Shown here: positions 25,357-38,800 of the stretch, in pieces
How positions within the stretch are numbered: position 1 is the first letter of the stretch
How the letters are laid out: each line of letters begins with the position of its first letter
Source of the DNA: Hormiphora californensis
Taxonomy: Eukaryota > Animalia > Ctenophora
Assembly (NCBI GenBank): GCA_020137815.1
Contig: CM035359.1
Span: 4,526,001 to 4,590,000 of the forward strand
DNA: 64,000 nucleotides
Direction of reading: 5' to 3'
Notes under the pieces: generated by a model
What the model saw: only the letters and a program-made list of their open reading frames with translations
Databases searched by the model: none
What the model was told of the DNA's origin: nothing
Program-made: the position numbers and the translations under genes

Positions 25357-27582
25357 TTACACCCTTCCTTCGCTATCCTTCTTTCTATGTCTACGTTGCT
25401 CACAATACATGTGCCACTGTAATTGCACTTTCCTCCGTGTTCACTAGTAGCTCAGGTAGTTCACTACGCTGTTAAAATGTACTAATGTACTGTTAGTGTT
25501 ATAATACACTAGCTATTCAAATGTACTAATGTACTTCAGTTGTACACTAATTGTTAAATGTACTTTGCCTAGATCTGTTCTATTATAGCCCTGCCATTGA
25601 CATAGCTGCCATTGACATAGATCACTGTATAGCCGAGACAGTTCAAAATATGGTATATTATTTGCATCTTGCTCATTTAAATATTGATTCAGTTGACCTC
25701 AGTCTAGTCTAAATTTTGATTTCCGAGTGTATATTATATACACTATAGTGTTTACCCCCTACCATCCTTTACTTCTATTAGAATCTGATAGTTAAATTGA
25801 ATCTCTATAGTAGAGATTCTATACGTCATGATTCCAAATGTACTGCTGTAGTACATAAGATACAGTAATGCCTATACTTGGTAACTTTGAGCGCCGCTCT
25901 CTCATTAATGGTAATGTTGCTTTGTGAGCGCTGCTCTACCGTTACATCAGCGATTCCTATTGTGATGCAATGGGACACGCTGTATTCTGTAGTAGTATAC
26001 ACTATGTTAGCTAGCTCAATACGCAATACATGCTATGTTCTTCGTACTTATCATGCCCTATTGAATATTTATGCCACATTATGCTTTCTTATTATATAGA
26101 GTGAGAGTCGCTGTTTTCTCCACAGTGGATTAAGTATAGTCGTGATGTCATTTACCGTACGTAGTTGTATCTGTATGTTTGAGCCGACTGTTATGTGTGT
26201 TATGTTGCTGAAGACTAGAAACACAGATCAGTTCCCGTAAGTACCATTATTTCGTTGGTTGTATTTTGCTATACGAGCCTCAATAACAGACAATGTATAG
26301 TGGTCAAGAGGTCGCTGGTACACCTATTGCTGACACCTCAATAGTTACAGCTTTTTGATTTCAATTTAAGAAATGCGGTAATTAGAATATGCATGCTTAC
26401 AGATGATAAATAGCATCGTATTAATGAGACATCAAACAAACAATGATTGCTGTGTAATGAATAGAAGTTTGGATAGATATTGTACGTTCATTGTACTTGA
26501 ATCTTTGAATCTTTGAATCTTTCAGCGACTCAAACAATTGCGACTATTTCATCACATGTGGCTAGTATTTATGGAACCAAATGTAAATCATATCTGAAAT
26601 GTATTGCGTTGCTATGACTACTGCATTACGTCATCATGTGAAAGGCGAATTTGTCTCAAATTATATGATTTCAGCTGGGAGAGAATCAATTATTGAGAGG
26701 GGAGACTGATCGAAATGATGCATGTATTCATCTGACATGGAGAATGAGAGATGCAAATGAGGCTGAATGAAACAACTTTGAGTATATATTGTGAGCTGAT
26801 GTATTGTACATTGTACAATCTTGAGAGTACACACGCATCAAGCTTCTTGCCGCTACTGCAGTCTCTCTATAATATCTCCCATTTTCGTAGCATTCCTCTC
26901 TCTTTCAATCTCTCTCTCTATCTCTCTCTCTCTCTCTCCCTCTCATTTTCTCCCCGCATGTGATCGTCTTTCCAATTAATTCCATACTCCTTGTATAGTT
27001 CAAACAGATCTGCTTTGTTGTTGCAGATATTAGAATACTGTAGAGCTCCCTCAAACACAGGAAATTTGTCAGGATAACAAATTTCACTAATAGCCTATTA
27101 GCCTCTTTTGTCTATCGTTTAACCATGAACCGGTTATAAGCCTCATTCTAGGGTTCGAACCCTAAAATGAGGCTTATAACTTTTCACTTACCTTTCTTTG
27201 AGACGCCCCTACTACTATACTAATGCGTAAAACGCATTTCGTAGTACGAATCGTACAATATTTGTCTTGTGTGTAAGGCCCGTTCCACAGCTCTATAATA
27301 ATTCTCTCTGACACATGGCTCTGTAAGGCTTGAAACACACACACACAGACAAGCTTGTGTTTTAACACTTAGTCTGAGCTATTGTAGTGTGTGCTTTACA
27401 TGCATTGTGTGCATATGAAAATATATGTTCCCCCCAGCTGACATATTGCTAAAGTAGCAGTAGTAGCAGCAGCCCTACTAGTAGCAGCAGCCCTACTGCA
27501 GTAGGTACTGCGAATCACACCATGTGCTTCTCCTAATACGTGACACATTGTATGCTTTGTGTGAAACCCGCACACTGTGGGG

Positions 27583-27644
<62 letters not shown>

Positions 27645-28254
27645 ATGTGTGTGTGTGTATGTGTGTGTGTGCATGTGTTTGAGCCAGTCAGATCAGCAAT
27701 GGCAGCTGACCCTATTTTGGCAGTTGACCCTATTTTGGCAGCTGACCCTATTTTGGCAGTTGACCCTATTTGGGCAGCTGACCCTATTTTGGCAGCTGAC
27801 CCTATATTTTGGCAGCTGATTTTCCTACAGTTTCAGTTGGTCCTAAATCCTCCTCATGTACCTAACATTGTATTTGTATACTTAATTGAGTGTGTTTGAG
27901 CTGCTTTTGTATCCATGAGATATTTCTTGTTTGAGACATGGAAAGGTTGCTTTCTTGCCGCATTATTTGACTTGTTTTGCCTGACACTGGTTTTACACTG
28001 TCAGAGCATTGGCCTGACAGCTACATTTATATTCTCTACTACTAGCCAGTTATAGCTAAGCAATATTTATGGACCAATATCAAAAGTTTACAAGTGCTAA
28101 AAGGACGAGTATTTTTTGTCATTTTTTCCCTTGTTTTTTCGGGTCGGACGCGGATGTGCATGCTTGGATATATAATAGCCCTTTACTCCGACCCAAGGCA
28201 CGGAGCTCGAGGGAGGGTACATTGTATACCTTACAAATCCCTGGACGATTTGAG

Positions 28255-28569
28255 TGGGGGCCACTGCAGGGGACCTCCAAACTGGGGGCCACTGGGGGAC
28301 CTCCAAACTGGGGGCCACTGGGGGACCTCCAAACTGGGGGCCATTGGGGGACCTCCAAACTGGGGGCCACTGGGGGACCTCCAAACTGGGGGCCACTGGG
28401 GGACCTCCAAACTGGGGGCCACTGGGGGACCTCCAAACTGGGGGCCACTGGGGGACCTCCAAACTGGGGGCCACTGGGGGACCTCCAAACTGGGGGCCAC
28501 TGGGGGACCTCCAAACTGGGGGCCACTGGGGGACCTCCAAACTGGGGGCCACTGGGGGACCTCCAAACT
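28255..28569. repeat. 26-bp GC-rich minisatellite, ~12 copies
   Basis: Unit ggggacctccaaactgggggccactg; explains the six overlapping repetitive ORFs. Confidence 0.95.
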
Positions 28570-31166
28570 CGCGCGAGGAAATCCCTGGAAACTATGATCC
28601 CGCGCTGTAACATGCAAGCTTATCATGGTGTGTGTTTACCAATTAGCTGTCTATCTATCTATCTACGGAGTGCCTGGGCTTGCCAACGGCAAGCCCACAG
28701 GGGACTATCGCAAAGCGATATCGCCGGCACTAGGAGAATAGCCCCCCTCCCCTCCCCCACCATCAGGAACTGCCCACAGGACAATTAGCTGTGTACATCA
28801 ATTATCTACTGTTAGCTAGTGATCGCTAGCGATTGAGAGAGAGAGAGAGATGTATAATAACAAAGTATATTGTTGAATATTTCCAACAATTTTGTGTGCT
28901 GTGATCTGGCTGAAAAATTGTGCTTTAGTACCCGAGCGCTTCGTAAACGGTGCGTACCGTCTTAGAACACGGTTTGATCTCCACTTCAAGCGGCTTTGTA
29001 AGTCACTTCCCACTAGGCCTAGGTAGTACCTAGGTACAGCTTCTGAGTTTTATACCTACCATGAAAATTTGTTAGAATTTTCACAGTAACCACGTGTAAA
29101 AACGGTCCTGAAAAACTGGATAGCTTTATTATAAAAGAGTGCATGCTCCCCGTATCCGATTACCTACTTTTCTTTGTGTCAGTAAGCCTACCTATACCTA
29201 CTCATTGTCTTAATAACTCCACGTAGTTTTTTCAGTAGTTTTTTCAGCCACCACGTATGCTCATTGAGCATTGCACAACTGCACAGATAACTATATTCAA
29301 AACGGTCTGCACCAGTTTACTGCACTAACCGCCTACTGCACCAGGCTTGTTATAGTACCACCTACTGCACTACCAGGCTTGTAGTTCAAGTTGTAGTACC
29401 AGCTCAGTCTTTGCGATCCTGTCAGGCCACTGCTAAGCTTCCTCGCGATATCTCAACTTCAGTATGTCTCCTCTACTACATGCATGGTACCCCTCACAGT
29501 ACCCCTCACACTCTAAAACTGTCTTAATCAGGGACCAGTATTTCCTGATTCGGTCGGTTCCTGGATAATACCAGAGTTCACCTACCTTGTAATGTGAAAC
29601 CTGCAGGATTTATCATCCAGTTATATATTCACATATTCCATCTATAACGGATATGTTTCATTTTGGCTACTGCACTCCCCATGTTTTTCGACTCTCCACA
29701 CTAGGAGATTGAGATGCTGTCGATAGAGTATCCAGCTGTATAATAAATAGGTACATTCAAGTCATATACCTACTAGTATAACTCATCCCATGTTGTGTAG
29801 GTACCTACCTATATAGATTTCATTCCCCATCTTCCAACTGCAGTTGTATACTTTGAGGGTGTGCCATCAAAGAAGGCCGCTGTTTTCCACACCAAGATTA
29901 TTCAAGGGGGTGGAGTTGTGGAGAGGAGACTTCGATTTTGTTTAATTTGTCTTGATAAGAGCCAAATTATTCATAAAGCATAAACTGATATATGTTATAT
30001 GTTGCCCATGGGTTGAACTGAATTCCCCGCATTATATGCGCATCATCACTACCCCAATCCAGCATACTTGAGGCATTTTATTCGCATACCAATATATATA
30101 ATAGCTACCCCCTCTCTCTCCCTCTTTGGTTGCCGCCTCTCCACCCCTCTCTTGTTCCCTCCCCGCTAGGAGCGTCTCTGTAATATGATATCGTCTCAAG
30201 AGCAGCGCTATTAGGGCTTCAGTGTGTGTACTGTGTTATGTGTACTCGTGTGTATTAGACACTTGGAATTGTAGTACACGTTTGGGTAGAGTGCTTCGTG
30301 ATTTGTTAATTTGACTTGTTTCTCTTCAGGAAATTAACGTGACTTAATTCTTAGGGGGAAACATTCGTGACTGAACCTCAGTTTCAAGGGATATTTATCA
30401 CTGAGACTTGAGGTCTCAGGGATATTCAGAATGTCTGCATGTTCTTAGTATTCCCTATAATAAATTTCCCTGAAATGTCAGGGAATAGCCATGACGGAGC
30501 CCTGAGATCTGAGGTTTCAGTGGTTAATAGCCGTGACCTGAAGCCGAGATTCAGGCACGACTGTTATATACGGTTGATACCGAAATTTGTGTTTTGACCT
30601 TGTATGCCCTAATTGTTATATACGGGGGGAGAGAGACAGCTCACGCTATAACGCTATAACAAAACGTTACAATGCTTGAGACTATTTTATTTTACCAGAG
30701 CTTGAATTGCGAGAGTTCAATTATACATTTGTCATAGAGTTCTCACACACACACACACACACACATATGACATTGGACCATATGGTAACCTGAGTGTAAC
30801 ACCCCCGGCCTCTGCACCAGCTAAGTAGCTACATTGATAGACGATAATCCTATCCATTTGTCAAGCATTATACTGCTGATGCGTCGATTTAGTTTTCCAG
30901 TATCCTATATTCCTATCCAAAATACGAGCGAAAAGATGAATGGCTAATTCTCTGTCCCTATTTTCCGCTTGAAACTTTAAATAAATTCTGCTTTCTAACT
31001 ACATCAATTAAACTTTGTTCATGAATTAAGTAATTTTAGCGTATACATGTTTAATTTGTCATAAATTGTCTTTTATATATTGTCTATTCTACTTTTCTAT
31101 CTACTCCATATATTTCTGCTACAGCAGACTATTCAGTATAGGCGTTCAGTAGGGGTTGCTATTCAG

Positions 31167-32211
31167 TTAGTCCTCTGCACTGATTGTAGTAAAACTCCTT
31201 ATCAGTCTCCTCAGAGTAGACCTTGCCTTGCCCCAATCTCTCTTGAATGCCAAATAAAGAAGGGGGTTTAGGGTAGAGAAGAGGACGGGTCCAAGTAATG
31301 CATAGCAGAGCACAATGAACGCTATTGATTTTGGAAACCCTTCCTCAAGACCTGACTCGGTGATCCTCCCCGGTAGTGTGCTGGTAATGTATCCCTTGGT
31401 CAACATCAGGGTGACCATCATGAGACTGCCAAAGTTGGTGATCAGGATCCTGATACTTCCCTTCATTCCCCGGGCTTTGGCGCTATCCGATACCGGGTTT
31501 TTGTAGCATCTTTAGAAGTTCCCAGATGGTTGCTATGGAAGCGACAACTCCAACAATTTGGTAGAGGATCACCCACGCAAAGACAAAGAGGTAAAAGGCA
31601 AAGAAGCTAGGCATTTTAATTCCGAATATCATTTTGTCCACTGACGGATCGACGTTCCCCCACACGACGATTGAAGCTGCGTGAAAAACCACCTGGGTGT
31701 CGTCCCCCTTGGGCCACATGAGATCGATCATGGTTGCTAGTAGCAACAGGGATGGAATCACCACGGCAACTACGACAGGTTTTTGAGGTATGTCCAGGAA
31801 GGGGAGTCTGATGTTTAGTAGCCGGGTTACCGTCAGGAGACATGTCACCAGAGAGGGGATATAGGCCAGGGTCTTGCACAGGATAGCCAGGCCTCGCTCT
31901 AATATGGTCGGGTGGAGTCGGAAGTAAGCGTAGTAGATGTTATTACAACCATCCCCAAGGGTATCCCAGCACCGCGGATCTTTGGGGGTGAGAAGCTGGT
32001 ATGCTGCCATGGGGGGCACGTAGAGGCACGTGATAAGATCCGAGATGGAGAGCATGAGAAGGAGGGTTCGGCAGATGTTGTGGGATTGCTTGCGGAGGTT
32101 GTCTTTGATAACGCTGATGTTTCCAGGGACTCCAATTGCCATCAAAGATAGGACAAAGACGGCCAATAGAATGTCGTCAGCAGACTTGTAGCCATCACCA
32201 AACAACGCCAT
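31167..32211 (-). CDS. Intronless rhodopsin-like GPCR (~347 aa) with one apparent +1 frameshift near 31495
   Basis: GVPGN (TM1), LSISDL (TM2), TVTR (TM3), STLNPLLY (TM7). The two ORFs join as LQ(K/N)PVSDSAKARGMKG if one base is removed from aaaaacccgg. Confidence 0.8.
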
Positions 32212-33377
32212 TATATGTACACGGCTATGGGGTAACTATGGGAACATGATTATAATTTCGATTGATAGGTAATTCAGAAAAAGTTTTCGGCTGAAAGAAT
32301 AGAGTAAGAAAGGTGTTTAAAAACTGGTGGTAGTTTATAATCTCTCCACACATTAGCTGTGGGGGTGATCATTTCATTGGGACTCGAGGGATCCTCAACA
32401 GTCGACGAGGATAAATGCCGATTATATAATTACGTAACTATAGAAAACCCGTCGGAGTCTTGCACAATCTCACTCACGTTACTAGTCCGCCCCGATTAAG
32501 GGTACAGCTGGCGTTTTTATCATCACATCGATTGTCGAACGAAACGACTTCACCGGGGTTTAGGCCATTTAAAATGGACCTCAAATATATTTTCGTACGT
32601 GCATTCCCCAAACCCCATCAACGATATGCCAATTTTCCATATGGAACCTCTAAAAACCCCCAAAAAATCTCAAGTGTTTTGAAAGAAGCAACACACGAAG
32701 AAACACACGAACAAACAGCTATCTCTCCCCTCTATAGCCAAGTTCAATGTGACCCCCGCCCGCCCCCAAAACACGAACTAAACAGCTCCCTATTTTCTAG
32801 CTAAGATCAATGTGCCCCAACCCCCCCCCCCCCGCGCCCCCAAAACACGAACAAACAGCTCTGTCTACTTTCTAGCCAAGTTCAATGTGACCCCCGCCCC
32901 CAACACACGAACAAACAGCTCTCTCCCTATTTTCTAACAGCTCTCTCTCCCTATTTTCAAACAGCTGATCTCTCTCCTCCATAGCCAAGATCAATGGTTC
33001 CAGACCGCTGGATTGGTCAAGATCCCACCGCTGCTGATGCGTCCGTGTCTTTCTTGTAAAAGAAATGCAGTAAGTTAACTCAATCTTGTAAAAGAAATGC
33101 AGTAAGTTAACTCCGTGTACTGTCTTTCTTGTAAAAGAAATGCAGTAAGTTAACTCAATCTTGTAAAAGAAATGCAGTAAGTTAACTCAATCTTGTAAAA
33201 GAAATGCAGTAAGTTAACTCAATGCTGAATTCAATAGTTAAATTGTTCATGCTTTACGGAGCACGGACACCACGTGTTAAGCGACTCAGTTCATAATTCA
33301 TATGTCGTAGTATAAGTTATCAACTCAATTTTATGGGCGACCAGAAACTATTGAGATTAATCCAACTTAATCCAACG

Positions 33378-35831
33378 ATGAACTTTTTACAGGTAATTTC
33401 AATAGCCGTTTTGCTCTGCTTCGTGTATTTTCTACTGTTTACCAACCAACACCAATCAACAGTCTTTCCAGGTAAACACTAAGTTATTAGATCATCATCA
33501 AAAACTAGTTAATTGAGTTCATTTTGACCAAATTTGAAAAAAAAATCAGTTTCTGCTTGCAAGAGGTAAATTGTGATTTACAATCATTCAACTACAGTCG
33601 GACCCCGATTTAGGGACACCCTCGGGGGAAAGGGTCTTGTCCACTAAATCGGGGTGTCCACTAAATCGGGGTGAGCCATATTTGACCCAAAAAACCTATT
33701 CTATTGCCCAAAATGCTATATTATTAAGACTAAAGACACCTCTAACTGTTATATGCAATATTCATGTATTGATGACATGATCATTTTCTGATTAGAAAAA
33801 GAAAAATATAAAATAATTATTTTTCAAAAAAATGTGGAAAATTTTCTAAGTCATACCAGCCCGTCCGGTTTGTATTTCGAATCGGTGCAACTTACTGGAT
33901 ATCCTGTCTAATTAGCGGGTTCAAAACGAACCGATACGTGATACCATACCGAATCGGGGCACCCTAAGCGGCCCGGGTGAGGAAGTATACAAATTTCAAA
34001 ATAACTTTTTCTCTAAAAATTTATGGGTAGCACCGATCAAAGCATTGACAATCGTACTGTAAAATTTTGCAAAAAAGTTATAAAATTTTTTAAAGGTATA
34101 CCAGCCACGTCCGAATCGTGTTTCGAATCGGTGCATCTTATCGCATGTCCTGCTGCTAATTAGACGGAACGAATCGAAACGTGATCCCCATCGAATCGAA
34201 ATTTTGACGCTTGGACCTTGGTGAACTTGTGATTCGATGGGCACCATGGGGATCACGTATCGGTTCGTTCCGAACCGTCTAATTAGCAGAATGACTTGCG
34301 ATAAGATGCACCGATTCGAAACACGATTCGGACATTGCTGAAATCTTTTTGAAAAATTTCACAAAAAATTTCACAAAAAATTTCACAAAAAATTTCACAA
34401 AAAAATTCTAAAATTTTTGGGGGAAAAAAATCCTGTCCCTAAATCGGGGTGTCCCTAAATCGGGGGTCCCTAAATCGGGGTCCGACTGTTCGGGGCCTGG
34501 TAAGGCCCCCCGACCCGAATATAACCCAAACTCAACCCATCCCCCCTAAAACATCCCCCCTAAAACTAAAACAACGGGGCCGAGCCGACAGGCCCTTAAT
34601 ACCAGATGAAAAAAAACCATAAAACCATAAAACCATAACCATAACCATAAAACCATAGATATTTTTAGAGTGAAAGTTTTGAAGCCCCCTGAAGTAGTAG
34701 AGAGGTGTTCTATGGCTCGTTGGAAAGGTCTCGAGGTCCCGCGACGTATAGGGGGTGTGGTGATGGCCATACCTAAACCTATAAGGGGTAGGACGCGAAA
34801 AACAGTCAAAATAAGGGGTATACAGAACTCGGCAATTAGAAGGAGTAGAAAGGTGTTCTAGGGTGCGTTCGAAAGCTCTCGAGGTGCTGAAGTAATTGGA
34901 ATGTAATTGGAAGTAATTACATGTAATTAAAGTGTAATTACATGTAATTAAAGGGTAATTACATGTAATTAAAAGGTCTAAATGACCCCAAATGACAATT
35001 TAGACATATTTTGACATATTTTGAGGCCCTGAGACCAGCGGGTGGCCAAATTTAATCAGGTTTCGGGTCGGCTGACGTAAAAACTCCGCGTTTTGGTCGA
35101 GGTATATATAATAAGAAAATACTTGACAAGTTGACACAGCTATTTTGTCTAATGTACTCAGCTCTAATGTACTCTAATGTACTCTAATGTACTCTAATGT
35201 ACTCTAATGTACTCTAATGTACTCTAATGTACTCTAATGTATACTTCAGGACCCCAAACAAAGAATCCCACGCCAATAAAATCGGAGGAAAAGTTCGTTG
35301 AGAAGGAACCTGAAACTGTCGAGGAACGGGATGGCTTTGAAAATCATGCAACGGTAATTATGTTATGTGTATGAGTTTGGAGCTAACTACCAGTACCAAT
35401 GCTGTTCTAACCCGAAACCCGAAACAGGGTCTAGCTATAGCAGGGTCTTTAGCAGAGTATATAAATATAGCTAGGCAATACCAATGATGAGTTTACAAAC
35501 GTGACACAAGGGTCACCATGATATTTGTTTGTTTGTTAGGCACGTTATCAATTTACTCACGTCTCCCCTCACTGCAGGACCAGGATGTGAAGACATTGTT
35601 ACGACCAGAAGAAGTAATTGTCCCTGACCCTGTGGAACATCATCTACCCAATGAAATATTTAAACCAATCATTCATAACAATGGCCATAACAAACTATCC
35701 CCCGACTACCATGATCAACCAACGGTTAGTGTTCATCTTTTTGATATTATTTTGATTTTGTATACTATGATTTCTTAGCAAGAGTATTATACAAGTTATA
35801 AACATGGACCTTTCAAGTCACCCCCCCCCCC

Positions 35832-35862
<31 letters not shown>

Positions 35863-38800
35863 CTAAACCGTGTGTTTACAGGTTGTAGCAGAGTTAGATT
35901 TCACTCGGTTAAAGACCGCTGGGGAGTTTCCGGACCGGTACTCTGATTTCGGGGACCCGGAAAAGTTTGATTGCGATGGAGAGTACTGTGTAATCAATGG
36001 ACGATCTGTTAAACAGTAAGTCACCGTTGGTTACCCAGCTGTTATTATATTGCTCCGTGAGCTATTATGGTGCGAATGCAAATGGGTATTTTCATTACCA
36101 ATAGTCACCGCAGCCTGATCCAAATTCTACTCCGATATGTACAACAGAGCAACCCATTTTATTGTAATTATCCATCGCTTCCAGGGCGCTACTAAAAGAA
36201 ACCCCGAGTGACATGTTCACTTTTCTCCCTCCGCCGGAAGAGTTCCTGAAAGAGTTCAAGAACCCTTGCTGGAAGGCCCCTGATGGAACAAATCAACAGA
36301 GGCTCTTTTGTGTGCCATACTTTTATATAATAGGTAAATGGATATGAAGAATAATATTGATTAGGTATAGATTCTTATATAAACTACCTCCTCTACAACT
36401 GTTGTACAGAGGGCGTGTTCGCTCGACAACTCACTTTCAATATTTTTTGTTTGTTTGCATGTTGTTCAAAACTTCCATGTCCATTTCAAGGTGTCACCAA
36501 GTGCGGAACGACTGACATGTTCTCAATTCTGAAACACCACAAAAACGTGTTCTCGCGAGCAAGAAAGGAGTCTCACTACATCGACAGGGCGAGGAGGGGA
36601 CGATCTCTTCGAATGAATAGACCTCCCGATAGACGTGAGTAACGTCAATGAGAGATTCATGACTGGATTTATCCAATCAATTTAATTTAATTTTCTTGCA
36701 AAATATACACCCAACCGCGCTATTATAAGAATAACTCCGAGCCATATCTTGAGGATATAACACGATAACCCTCTTCTCCCCCAGGTCCTCTATCGTTTAG
36801 TACATGGGCTAACCAGGGCCGCTTCCGATCCCAACTGCTGGAGACCTACCACTATACCGAGGGAGATCCGGTTCTGTTTCATGGTATTACCATGGATGCC
36901 ACCCCCTCCCATTCTTGGGATAACGAGTACTGGGAACTCTTTCATCAGGTACATTATTATGAACATTATGTACATTGTACATTATGTACATTATTGTACA
37001 TTATTGTACATTATGTACATTGTACCCAGAGGGGTACCCCCTCCCATTCTTGGGATAACGAGTACTGGGAACTCTTTCATCAGGTACATTATTATGAACA
37101 TTATGTACATTGTACATTATGTACATTATTGTACATTATTGTACACTATGTACATTGTACCCAGAGGGGTACCCCCTCCCATTCTTGGGATAACGAGTAC
37201 TGGGAACTCTTTCATCAGGTACATTATTATGAACATTATGTACATTGTACATTATGTACATTGTAGGATTTTATTATGCCTATAAGTTGTACCTGAAAAC
37301 TTATAACACGAGACCGAAGGTCGAGTGTTATAAGTGCAAAAATAATGATCCGAGACCACAGGTCGAGGCAGATTCTTGTACTTTAGTGCACGAGCCTGCG
37401 AGTGCCACTAAGTGTAACTACCTCACGAGCCTGCGAGTGATGTAGTTTTACTTTTTGACCGAGCCTGCGAGGTCTAAAAGTGTAAGAATCTGGGACATTA
37501 TTGTTGACGTCAGGTACAACGAAAATAGGCATAATAAAATTGCATTGTAAAATTTTTAAAACAAGAGTGAGAGACACTTTAGGGCGTAACAATAGAGCGA
37601 ATTCATGATATGGTAGCAGGCAGAGATATCAGTATAAGATAAGATAACGCCTGAGATAGGTAAAGAGAGTGAGAGATTAGTGAGAGTGAGAGAGATAAAG
37701 AATGTGTGGGACGTGGGTCCGGGAGTTCGTAACTGTTATCTTGATCTCGGTGCTGCAACGGCTTGATAGCGTGAGAGAAGAAGAGAGAGAGGGAGGGAGT
37801 TCGTAAATGCTTATCTTTCTAACGGTTTTTAAGTGTGACAGAAACAGTGGAGTAAGGAGTTCTAAGTGCAGCAGTGTTATAAGTTTTCATGTATCACTGG
37901 GGGGTGTTATAAGTGAAAACTTATAACACTGGGGGGTGTTATAAGTGAAAACTTATAACACTGGGGGGTGTTATAAGTTGTACAAGCAGTGCTACCTAAA
38001 GAATTATATTATATCTCAAAATTTTACAATGTACATTATGTACATTATGCCCCACAAAAGGGTGCAGAGCACGGAAACAGTGTCAAGCGACTCAAGCTTT
38101 CCGGCCCAATATGTGGTAATGTCCGATTCGCTTGCGAGATCTTGCGATCCTTAGTTAGTTTGTTTTTGTGCGTGTAATCCTCCACATAATATCCTCTACT
38201 GCAGGGATATAGGGAACCTCCCGTTACGAACCCCGACCTTATTTCCACAATCAACCCTAAATCAAAAATAATCATCTCCCTGCGTGACCCTATTAAAAGG
38301 TAAAGAAAATATTTTTATTTATGAAAAAAGCCTCATTTATCCTAAATCGTGTTAGAATCTTCTTTTGATATTCAAGCTATCACTGAATATTATTACTGAC
38401 TCACATATTTTATCTCCACAAGAATGCAGTCAGCGTACCAATTCTTCTGTGCTTTCCACGTATACGACTGTGACAAGCCCGTAACACCGGAGAAGTTCCA
38501 CCGGTAAATAATAGCTTACACTACCATGACAATTAATAGCATCAATTATGAGATCTGTTCAGGATTAAATAGGGAGGAAAATTAGAAAAATAAAAAATCA
38601 TTGTTTTAGGCTGGTGATGGACGCCCTGAATACCTTTGCCCAGTGCCGAGTCTCTAACAGTGCCCGGGGATGCGTCTACAGCACATTCGACGCATCAGCT
38701 AGCAACTCACCTTTACGCCAGGTTTTTCAATTAATTAATTATCAATTAATTAATTAATCAAATCTACATCATTAATTAATTAATTTCCCCTCACATTGAC

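Noticed and set aside
22600-27100. Protein-coding or ncRNA genes in this interval
   Set aside because: No supportable exon chain or RNA motif could be seen by eye.
28069-28788. Overlapping Gly/Pro-rich ORFs in six frames
   Set aside because: Artefact of a stop-free 26-bp minisatellite.
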